A stretch of 64,000 nt of DNA from Bacilli bacterium. GTDB lineage: Bacteria; Bacillota_I; Bacilli_A; RF39; UBA660. This document shows positions 52,114 through 59,819 of the stretch, one piece after another; position 1 is the stretch's first letter; each line of letters starts with the position of its first letter. The notes beneath the pieces are model-generated. The model had not been told where the DNA came from and ran no database searches. It saw only the letters and a program-made list of their open reading frames with translations. The stretch lies in contig JAFSEY010000011.1 in NCBI GenBank assembly GCA_017435485.1, forward strand, positions 3,442 through 67,441. Reading direction: 5' to 3'. The translations under genes and the position numbers were made by a program.

Positions 52114-53052
52114 ATGACAATACCAGATCAAAGAAAAATAGATTTACAAAAGGCTATAGAAGTTTATATGCGCAAATTAAGAAGAAATAATCCAAACGTA
52201 GATGGTGGAGAGTATGGATTATATTATCGCTTTACTAATGAACCCTTAGCCAACTTTATTAATAAGATAAATGTTTCTGCGAATACTGAGGTGCTTACTG
52301 TGCTAGCTAGTGGAGACCAAGCATTTAATTTTATCCAAGCAGGAGCAAATCACATAGATACATTTGACATTAATCGCTTAACAGAATATTTTGCCCTTGG
52401 TTTTAAAAAGACGGCCATTCAAGTATTAAATTATGAACGATTTTTAAATTTATTTAATTATAATAGTTTAAAACCCCAAAATGCCCCTGACTTAGAATTA
52501 GAAAAAAGTATCATAGAATCATGCCCAGAGGAATACAAGTGGTTTTGGCAAGAATTTACGCGTATTTTAAAAGATAATAACTTAAATCCCAGTGTATTTG
52601 AAATATCTGATGGATTTCATTCTAATATCGTGAAAAAACATCACTTTAATAGATATACGAATAATGAGGAAAATTACAAATTGTTACAAAAGCGATTGTT
52701 AGAAACAACTATATCATTTCAGCCTTTAGACTTAGCAGATGTATCTAAAGCAATAACACTAAAATATGACTATGTATTTATATCCAATATTTTAGATGCT
52801 TATGCTACCCATGTTTCTAATAATATGCCTGATTCTTTAAAAGTGGCATTGAAAATATTTTTAGATATTTATCGCCATAATGTAAAAAGAAATGGAGAAT
52901 TAGCATTTTCAACGTTTGATTTTGGTGGATTTGGTGATGAATTTATCGATATGTATAATTCGTTAGATAATAAAAATGGTGAAAAAGTTATGTATCCGGG
53001 TGAAGTACCTCTGATATTTGGTTTGCGTAAAAGTAAAGGGGTAAAAAGATAA
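52114..53052 (+). CDS. DUF3419/BtaA-like SAM-dependent transferase, array copy 23
   Basis: FTNE, VLASGDQ, NRLTEYFALGFKK, YDYVFISNI. Confidence 0.7.
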   Translation: MTIPDQRKIDLQKAIEVYMRKLRRNNPNVDGGEYGLYYRFTNEPLANFINKINVSANTEVLTVLASGDQAFNFIQAGANHIDTFDINRLTEYFALGFKKTAIQVLNYERFLNLFNYNSLKPQNAPDLELEKSIIESCPEEYKWFWQEFTRILKDNNLNPSVFEISDGFHSNIVKKHHFNRYTNNEENYKLLQKRLLETTISFQPLDLADVSKAITLKYDYVFISNILDAYATHVSNNMPDSLKVALKIFLDIYRHNVKRNGELAFSTFDFGGFGDEFIDMYNSLDNKNGEKVMYPGEVPLIFGLRKSKGVKR

Positions 53053-53053
53053 A

Positions 53054-53941
53054 ATGACAGAATCGGAGAAACATCAATTGTTAAAAGATATTGAACAAAG
53101 TGTTAAAATTTTTCAAACTGCTGCAAGATTCACAGAATATAGTAAAGTATATCCATATACTAATGAAAATCTTATTAAAAAATACAGTTTAATAATTGAG
53201 GGTGATTATCAAACGGCGTTAACTGTCTTATCAAGTGGCGATCATCTTCTTAATTTAGTTATGAATGGTACATCCCATATAGATACTTTTGATAGTAATA
53301 AAATGACAGAATATTATGTTATGGGTATTAAAATACCAGCCATTTTAAATATGACGTATGAGCAATATATGAAGTTTTACAAAACATTGCTTAGGCCTGG
53401 AATTAATGAAGATAAAATATTTGCTGTTGTAAAAGGCGCAGAAGAAAAATATAAATACTTTTGGGAAGAGTTCTATCGCATATATTATGACCAAAATAAC
53501 TTGAGATTTGATTTTGAAAATTTATTTATTTCTGAATTTGATAGGTCGCATTTTAATAAATATCTTCGAAGTTCTAGTGATTATCAAAAAATGCAATCTT
53601 GTTTAAAAGATGCTACAATAACGTTTAAACATGCAGATGTTACAACAATCCCATTAGAATTTAAAACATATGATTTAATAGACATCTCAAATATCCTAAA
53701 TTATTATGAAACAATTTTTAAAGCATATAATTATCCGCGAGAAGAAAGAAAAAAATTAGTTGCTGAAATTGTTTCTAAAAATTTAATCCAAGACGGAGTC
53801 ATATTCTATGATTACTTTTTAGGGACAGGTTTTTATGAAGCGATAAGACAAACGCGTGCAGTGATGATAGAAAATACTTCTCCTTTTAGTGTTGAGTGCA
53901 CAAATGGGCTTGCTTTGGGTTTAACTAAAAATAAAAAATAG
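53054..53941 (+). CDS. DUF3419/BtaA-like SAM-dependent transferase, array copy 24 (among the most divergent)
   Basis: YTNE, VLSSGDH, DTFDSNKMTEYY, YDLIDISNI. Confidence 0.7.
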   Translation: MTESEKHQLLKDIEQSVKIFQTAARFTEYSKVYPYTNENLIKKYSLIIEGDYQTALTVLSSGDHLLNLVMNGTSHIDTFDSNKMTEYYVMGIKIPAILNMTYEQYMKFYKTLLRPGINEDKIFAVVKGAEEKYKYFWEEFYRIYYDQNNLRFDFENLFISEFDRSHFNKYLRSSSDYQKMQSCLKDATITFKHADVTTIPLEFKTYDLIDISNILNYYETIFKAYNYPREERKKLVAEIVSKNLIQDGVIFYDYFLGTGFYEAIRQTRAVMIENTSPFSVECTNGLALGLTKNKK

Positions 53942-53945
53942 CAAC

Positions 53946-53973
53946 TTGTAAATAACTTTAATTAAGGTATAAT
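53946..53973 (+). promoter_or_regulatory. Probable pgk promoter
   Basis: TTGTAA-N16-TATAAT; RBS AGGTG. Confidence 0.5.
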
Positions 53974-53992
53974 TATAGTAGGTGAAAATAAG

Positions 53993-55129
53993 ATGAAATT
54001 TATTGAAGAGATGAATCTTAATAATAAGAAAGTTATTGTTAGATGTGATTTTAATGTTCCTATAATTGATGGGAAAATAACTGATGATAGTAAAATAGTT
54101 AAAAGTTTAAAAACGATTCATTATTTATTGGAAAAAAATTGTCGAGTTGTTTTATTAAGTCATTTAGGAAGAGTAAAATCAAATGAAGATAAAAAGAAAA
54201 ATACATTATTACCAGTAAAAGAGTGTTTAGAAGGTTTACTTGGTACAGAAGTAACGTTTGTTACCGATTATCCAAATGAAGAAATTCCGAAAGATAGTAA
54301 ACTCATTCTTTTAGAAAATACTAGGTATTATGACTATCCTGAAAAATTAGAAAGCGGTAACGATTTAGAATTAGCTAAAATGTGGGCTAAACTTGGAGAT
54401 GTTTTTGTTTATGATGCATTTGCTAGTGCGCATCGTCGTCATGCTTCAACATCAGGGCTTGCTAGTTTACTTCCAACTTGTATTGGTTATCTAGTAAAAC
54501 AGGAATTAGAAAACTTAAATCATGTTAAAGAACCAAATGAACCATTTATGGTAATAATGGGTGGAGCTAAAGTGGATGATAAACTTCCATTAATAAAAAA
54601 CTTACTACCTCGCTGTGAAAACCTATTACTTGGTGGTGGAATAGCTAATTCCTTTTTAAAGGCCAAAGATGTAAATGTTGGTAATAGCTTAGCTACGACA
54701 GATGAAAATATCCTATTAGATTTAAAATGTCTTATTGAATTATATAAAGATAAAATAGTTTTACCAGTAGATTTCAAAGATAAAAATACTGGTGAAGTAA
54801 AAATGTTAGAAGAACTAGCTAATAACGACATTATTTATGATATAGGCCCTAAAACAGCAGCAAAATATGGAAATATTCTGAAAAACGCTCAAACTGTATT
54901 TATGAATGGGACACTTGGAATGAGTGAAGAAGCAGGATTTGAAAATGGTACCAAAAAAGCATTTGAACATTTAACTAACGTTCCAATCGTAGTAATTGGT
55001 GGTGGAGATACTGTTGCAGCTGTTAATAACTTAGGATTTACTGACAAATTTATATTATCAAGTGGTGGGGGAGCTTCTTTAGAATACATAGCCAATCAAA
55101 ATCTTCCAGTTTTGGAGGATATAAAATAA
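53993..55129 (+). CDS. pgk: Phosphoglycerate kinase
   Basis: RCDFNVP, SHLGR, LLENTR, GGAKVDDK, GGGDT, SGGGASLE. Confidence 0.96.
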   Translation: MKFIEEMNLNNKKVIVRCDFNVPIIDGKITDDSKIVKSLKTIHYLLEKNCRVVLLSHLGRVKSNEDKKKNTLLPVKECLEGLLGTEVTFVTDYPNEEIPKDSKLILLENTRYYDYPEKLESGNDLELAKMWAKLGDVFVYDAFASAHRRHASTSGLASLLPTCIGYLVKQELENLNHVKEPNEPFMVIMGGAKVDDKLPLIKNLLPRCENLLLGGGIANSFLKAKDVNVGNSLATTDENILLDLKCLIELYKDKIVLPVDFKDKNTGEVKMLEELANNDIIYDIGPKTAAKYGNILKNAQTVFMNGTLGMSEEAGFENGTKKAFEHLTNVPIVVIGGGDTVAAVNNLGFTDKFILSSGGGASLEYIANQNLPVLEDIK

Positions 55130-55130
55130 A

Positions 55131-55844
55131 ATGAAAGTAGTATGTAATTTAAAAGCGCATAAGACTTGGAAAGAATATCGTGAGTATATCGCCGATTTAA
55201 GTAAGTTAGATACTAATCATGAACTCATTGTATCTCCAAGTTTTCCTTATTTAGCATATTATCCTAAAAATATAGCACTTTGCGCTCAAGATGTATCATT
55301 TAGTAATCATGAAAATATTGTTGGTAATGTTACTGCAAAACAATTAAAATCATTAGATGTTAGATATTGCCTGGTTGGACATAGTAGTAGAAGAATTCAT
55401 CATGATGAAAATGAAAAAACTATTAAGAAGAAAATCGGTAATTGTTTAGAAAATGATATTAAAGTTATTTATTGTATTGGAGAATCTCGTGAAGAAAAGC
55501 AAAGAGAAAAAACTTATCAAGTTATTGAAAAACAAATTGCAAGAATATTTAATAACTTTGAAGGAGATTTAAATAATATAATTATCGCTTACGAACCAAT
55601 CTGGGCTATTAGTGAAAATAAAAAAGATAGCGATAGTATTGATTTAGCAAAAATAAAAGATATTGTTATCTTTATAAAAAAAATTATTTTAGATTATTAT
55701 GGTATTAATATAAAAGTATTATATGGTGGCAGTATTGATGAAGAAATAATTAGTGATTATCTAGATTTAGAAATTGATGGCTTTTTAATCGGTAATGCTA
55801 GTTTAGATGTTGAGAAAGTGTCAAATATCCTAAATAAAATATAA
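55131..55844 (+). CDS. tpiA: Triosephosphate isomerase (divergent)
   Basis: NLK, AQDVS, VGHSSRR, AYEPIWAI, LYGGS; follows pgk. Confidence 0.85.
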   Translation: MKVVCNLKAHKTWKEYREYIADLSKLDTNHELIVSPSFPYLAYYPKNIALCAQDVSFSNHENIVGNVTAKQLKSLDVRYCLVGHSSRRIHHDENEKTIKKKIGNCLENDIKVIYCIGESREEKQREKTYQVIEKQIARIFNNFEGDLNNIIIAYEPIWAISENKKDSDSIDLAKIKDIVIFIKKIILDYYGINIKVLYGGSIDEEIISDYLDLEIDGFLIGNASLDVEKVSNILNKI

Positions 55845-55908
55845 TTCGACACAGTTAGACATATCTTTACATAAGTAGACAAAACATTTTCTAGTATTTT
55901 GTCTACTT
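55845..55908. promoter_or_regulatory. Cluster of Spo0A-box-like sites upstream of spo0A
   Basis: TTCGACA (exact reverse complement of TGTCGAA) at 55845, then TTAGACA, CTTTACA, GTAGACA at 10-bp spacing; inverted repeat AAGTAGACAAAA/TTTTGTCTACTT. Confidence 0.65.
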
Positions 55909-55962
55909 TTTATATATAATGAATTTGCGTGTGGTAAATATAAATAGAAAAAAGGATGGATT

Positions 55963-56727
55963 ATGGAAAAGAAAGTTAATTTGTTGATAGTGGATGACAA
56001 CGAAACTGTTATCGACAATATTAAGAAGTATTTTAGTAGTCACGCAGTAATTAATGTATCTTGTGCTTGTAATGATGGAAGTAGTGCTTTAGATATTATT
56101 TTACATGAACAAGATAGATATGATTTAATCATTATGGATTTATTAATGCCAGAAGTTGATGGTATTGAAATCTTACAACAAATGCAAAATCATAATGTTG
56201 ACAAGAAAGTAATTGTTTTAACCAGTTATAAAAAAGATTACACAGTAAGACAAACGGCTATGTATGGTGTAAATTACTATATGATGAAACCATTTAGTTT
56301 ACCATCATTAGAAAAAAGAATTTTAGAAGTATTAAATGATAATTTAGAATTAGTAAGTGATTTATCTGATAATGTATTACTAGCTATTAGTAAATTATTA
56401 CATAGCTTAGGAATGCCTTCTCATATAAAAGGTTATCAATACATTAGAGAAAGTATTATGATGATGTATCAAAATCCTGATATGTTAGGTGGTATAACAA
56501 AAGAAATATATCCAGAAATAGCTGATAAGTTTGATACAACATCATCAAGAGTTGAAAGAGCTATAAGACATGCTATTGAAGTAAGTTGGAATAGGGGAGA
56601 CTATGATTTGATGGAAGAAATATTTGGTCATAGTGTTGATTACGATCGGGCTAAACCAACTAATTCAGAGTTTATAGCTACGTTAGCTGATAAGCTTCGC
56701 ATGGATAAAACTTTATTAGCAGTATAG
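55963..56727 (+). CDS. spo0A: Sporulation master regulator Spo0A
   Basis: Receiver domain (DD, D..MP..DG, KPF) plus HIKGYQY.R, ITK..YP.IA, SRVERAIRHAIEV.W.RG, KPTNSEFIA. Confidence 0.96.
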   Translation: MEKKVNLLIVDDNETVIDNIKKYFSSHAVINVSCACNDGSSALDIILHEQDRYDLIIMDLLMPEVDGIEILQQMQNHNVDKKVIVLTSYKKDYTVRQTAMYGVNYYMMKPFSLPSLEKRILEVLNDNLELVSDLSDNVLLAISKLLHSLGMPSHIKGYQYIRESIMMMYQNPDMLGGITKEIYPEIADKFDTTSSRVERAIRHAIEVSWNRGDYDLMEEIFGHSVDYDRAKPTNSEFIATLADKLRMDKTLLAV

Positions 56728-56751
56728 AAATGAGGCAACACTCATTTTTTT
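56728..56751 (+). terminator. Intrinsic terminator after spo0A
   Basis: AAATGAG-GCAACA-CTCATTT plus T-run. Confidence 0.65.
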
Positions 56752-56800
56752 GATTTATTAAACTGTTTGTGTTATATTTAATTAACGGAAGGTGTAAATA

Positions 56801-58300
56801 ATGAAAAAAATTATGCTAGTTATTTTAGATGGTTTTGGTTATCGTGAAGAAAAAAATGGTAATGCAATATTAAATGCTAACATAAGTAATTTTAATTCCT
56901 TGTGGGAAAACTATCCGCATACAACGCTTTATGCATCCGAAGAATATGTTGGATTAGAACCAGGAGTATTTGGCAATAGTGAAACGGGTCATATGTCAAT
57001 TGGGTCAGGAAGAAAAATTAAAAGTAACAGAGAAATAGTTAATGATTTTTTTGCAAGTATAAAAATCAATGAAGACTTTGAAGCTTTTATTAATAATGTC
57101 AACGAAAGTACCAAGCCATTACATATTATGGGCTTACTTAGTGAAGGAAATGTTCATACTTCATTTGAACATTGGACTAAGCTTATAGATGCAATTAAGG
57201 GAAGAATAACTAATAATATTTACATTCATGTTATAACTGATGGAAGAGATACAGATCCAAAAAGTTCATATAGTTACATTGAAAAATTACAAGAAAAACT
57301 TGTTGATATGAGAAATGTTAAAATAGCTAGTATTTGTGGAAGACATTATGCCATGGATCGTGATAAAAAATGGGATAGGACCAAATTATATTATGATTTA
57401 ATTACTAAAGGACTTGCTATTAGTTGCAAAGATATTAAAACTGGAATTGAAAAAAGCTATGATAGTGGCATAACAGATGAATTTGTTAAACCATTAATTG
57501 TGGATAAAGAAGGAGTTATCAACAATGGCGATAATATTTTCTGGATGAACTATCGGGAAGATAGATCCAATCAGCTTTTAAATGCTATTACTAACAAAGA
57601 GTTTAGTGATTTTGCTAAAAAAGATATTTCGGATTGTCAAGTCTATACTTTTTTTCCGTTCGATAAACCAATCTTAACAACCAGTTTTGTTCAATACGAT
57701 AAAGTAAATGATCCAATTGGAGTATATTTATCTAAATTAGGGCTTACGCAAGCCAGAATTGCTGAAACAGAAAAGTTTGCGCATGTGACATATTTCTTTG
57801 ATGGACAATATGAAGGAAAAATAGAAAAATGTGATAAGTTTATGCTACCATCGCCACAAGTTGCAACTTATGATATGCAGCCAGAAATGAGTGCTGTCGA
57901 AGTTACTAAAAAAGCGATGGCCTGTTTAGATAAAGATTACGACTTTGTTGTGGTAAATTATGCTAATCCAGATATGGTTGGACATACAGGTAACTTTGAA
58001 GCAACTGTAAAAGCTTGTTCTGCTGTTGATATTTGTTTAGGAAAACTAGTTGAAACAGCTTTTGATAATTTTTATAAAGTAATTGTTATGGCTGATCATG
58101 GTAATGCCGATACAATGTTTGATGAAGAAGGAAAAATTTGTACAACACATACGTTATCAAAAGTACCGTTTATAATAACTGACAATGGACTGGAATTAAA
58201 AAATACTGGAGATATAACTATGGTTGCTCCAACGATATTAGATTATATGGATATTGCTAGACCAGCAGATATGCAAACGACAGATAGTTTAATTAAATAA
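56801..58300 (+). CDS. gpmI: 2,3-bisphosphoglycerate-independent phosphoglycerate mutase
   Basis: ILDGFG, GNSETGH, DGRD, AETEKFAHVT, NPDMVGHTG, ADHGNA. Confidence 0.96.
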   Translation: MKKIMLVILDGFGYREEKNGNAILNANISNFNSLWENYPHTTLYASEEYVGLEPGVFGNSETGHMSIGSGRKIKSNREIVNDFFASIKINEDFEAFINNVNESTKPLHIMGLLSEGNVHTSFEHWTKLIDAIKGRITNNIYIHVITDGRDTDPKSSYSYIEKLQEKLVDMRNVKIASICGRHYAMDRDKKWDRTKLYYDLITKGLAISCKDIKTGIEKSYDSGITDEFVKPLIVDKEGVINNGDNIFWMNYREDRSNQLLNAITNKEFSDFAKKDISDCQVYTFFPFDKPILTTSFVQYDKVNDPIGVYLSKLGLTQARIAETEKFAHVTYFFDGQYEGKIEKCDKFMLPSPQVATYDMQPEMSAVEVTKKAMACLDKDYDFVVVNYANPDMVGHTGNFEATVKACSAVDICLGKLVETAFDNFYKVIVMADHGNADTMFDEEGKICTTHTLSKVPFIITDNGLELKNTGDITMVAPTILDYMDIARPADMQTTDSLIK

Positions 58301-58301
58301 T

Positions 58302-58329
58302 TAAGAAGGTTTACAAAAAACTTCTTTTT
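58302..58329 (+). repeat. Terminator-like direct repeat, copy 1
   Basis: TAAGAAGGTTTACAAAAAACTTCTTTTT; 27/28 identical to 59718-59745. Confidence 0.85.
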
Positions 58330-58386
58330 TTATTGCATAAAAGTAATTTATGTAATATAGTAAATAACTACTTAGGGGTGATAACT

Positions 58387-59712
58387 ATGAGAAAGCTAAT
58401 GGTTGGTATACTATATAGAAGTTTTGATTATAAAATAAATGGCGTTTTGCGTAAATTTGTTGTAGTAGAAGATTTCGGCATAGGTCTATATTTTGATGAA
58501 AAGGGTGAAAAGAAATTTGAATTTTATAAATCTGAATATGGAAATGATGGCAACTATTTTATGGTGGCTAATAAGATAGAAAGAAAATATACTGTGGGTG
58601 TTAGGGATATAGCAGATATAAATGAGACCATGACTAGTTATCAATTTAAAATGCAAAAAATAAAAGAAGAATTCTTTACAGATGAAAACAACCCAAAATT
58701 TTATTTATATGATAATGAAGAATGTGCTATCAGTCGAGTTACAGACTTAGAAATGATACACGAACTTGAACAAGAATATGAAAAAATAAAACATCCCAAC
58801 CCCAAAATCCCAAATGGTATTTTAAAATATGGCGAGGTATTAACAGATAGGACTTTTTATTGTGACCCTGCTATAGGAAGGAGCAAAGAGCTTGAATTAT
58901 TAAAGCTTGGTTTAGTAACTCCAAAAAAGTCTCCTCTACTAATAGGGCTTCCTGGAGTTGGTAAAAGCGCTATAGTTGATGGGTTAGCATATCAAATCCA
59001 ACTTGGAAACGTTCCTGATGCTTTAAATAACAAAATAATTTTCAACATAGATGCTGCCTCTATTATTAGTGGCTGTAATTTAGTGGGAATGGTTGAAGAA
59101 AATGTAAAAGAAATTTTAACTGCGATAAGAAATAAAAAAGAAATTATTGTTTTTATAGATGAATTTCATACGCTTATTGGATTAGGTCAAGGAAGTAACT
59201 CTAATATCGATGTTGCAAACATGTTTAAACCATATTTGGCTAGCGGACAAATTACATTAATTGGTGCTACTACTACAGAAGAATATGAAAAAATAATTTG
59301 TAAAGATAAAGCGTTTGCTAGAAGGTTTGAAGTAATTAATGTTCTTGAACCGTCTAGAGAAACGGTAATTGACATTTTAATTGGGAGCTTGCCTTATTAT
59401 GAAAATACAACGGGTACAAAATTTGCTTTTAACGATTATGAAACAAAAGAAATATTTAATATTATAAGTAATCTAACTGAATACTCAAATAGAATCCAGA
59501 ATAAATTAAATCCGGACATATCGTTGGAATTCCTTGGTAAAACTTTTGCTTATGCTAGTTTATATAACAAAGAAAGCGTCGGTTATGAAGAAATAATTAA
59601 CGCAATATTAATCTCAGCTACAGTAAATGAAACGGCAAAAACAGAGGCAATTAAACAATTAAGAAATTTATCTGAATATCAAACGCCTAAAAGAATATTA
59701 GAAAATAATTAA
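58387..59712 (+). CDS. ClpA/ClpB-like AAA+ ATPase with a single NBD1 module and an unrecognised N-terminal domain
   Basis: DPAIGRSKEL, LIGLPGVGKS (Walker A), FIDEFH (Walker B), IGATT.EEY, D.AFARRF; no second NBD. Confidence 0.8.
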   Translation: MRKLMVGILYRSFDYKINGVLRKFVVVEDFGIGLYFDEKGEKKFEFYKSEYGNDGNYFMVANKIERKYTVGVRDIADINETMTSYQFKMQKIKEEFFTDENNPKFYLYDNEECAISRVTDLEMIHELEQEYEKIKHPNPKIPNGILKYGEVLTDRTFYCDPAIGRSKELELLKLGLVTPKKSPLLIGLPGVGKSAIVDGLAYQIQLGNVPDALNNKIIFNIDAASIISGCNLVGMVEENVKEILTAIRNKKEIIVFIDEFHTLIGLGQGSNSNIDVANMFKPYLASGQITLIGATTTEEYEKIICKDKAFARRFEVINVLEPSRETVIDILIGSLPYYENTTGTKFAFNDYETKEIFNIISNLTEYSNRIQNKLNPDISLEFLGKTFAYASLYNKESVGYEEIINAILISATVNETAKTEAIKQLRNLSEYQTPKRILENN

Positions 59713-59717
59713 TAATA

Positions 59718-59745
59718 TAAGAAGGTTTACAAAAATCTTCTTTTT
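59718..59745 (+). repeat. Terminator-like direct repeat, copy 2
   Basis: TAAGAAGGTTTACAAAAATCTTCTTTTT. Confidence 0.85.
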
Positions 59746-59784
59746 CAATGAAAAAATTTATGTCGAAAATCGCAAAATTTAGGC

Positions 59785-59813
59785 TTGCATTTCATATAAT
59801 ATGTTGTTATAAT
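59785..59813 (+). promoter_or_regulatory. S10 operon promoter
   Basis: TTGCAT-N17-TATAAT with extended TG; exact TGTCGAA at 59761-59767 just upstream. Confidence 0.7.
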
Positions 59814-59819
59814 TGAATC

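Larger units (their letters stand above)
31648..53941 (+). repeat. Tandem array of 24 paralogous SAM-dependent transferase (DUF3419/BtaA-like) genes
   Basis: Motif series (T/S)NE; L.VL(S/A)(S/G)GD; DTFD.NRLTEYYALGFKK.AI; YK.FW; YDLI.LSNI; NLN..GE recurs about every 0.93 kb. Confidence 0.95.

Noticed and set aside
31648-53941. Array as integron cassette array, DGR target set, CRISPR array or prophage/transposon cargo
   Set aside because: No integrase, recombinase, reverse transcriptase, transposase or cas gene in the window; no attC-like or equally spaced identical repeats. The repeats are coding motifs with synonymous variation.
31648-53941. Array as an assembly artefact from collapsed or duplicated reads
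   Set aside because: Copies differ extensively at protein level and have distinct, coherent junctions and overlaps; a mis-assembly would give near-identical copies. Long-read confirmation is still advisable.
31648-53941. Array as restriction-modification DNA methyltransferases, or as a bona fide betaine-lipid (btaAB) pathway
   Set aside because: No DPPY/NPPY or PC catalytic motif and no nuclease partner; no btaB-like gene, and one BtaA would suffice. The gene symbol was therefore withheld.
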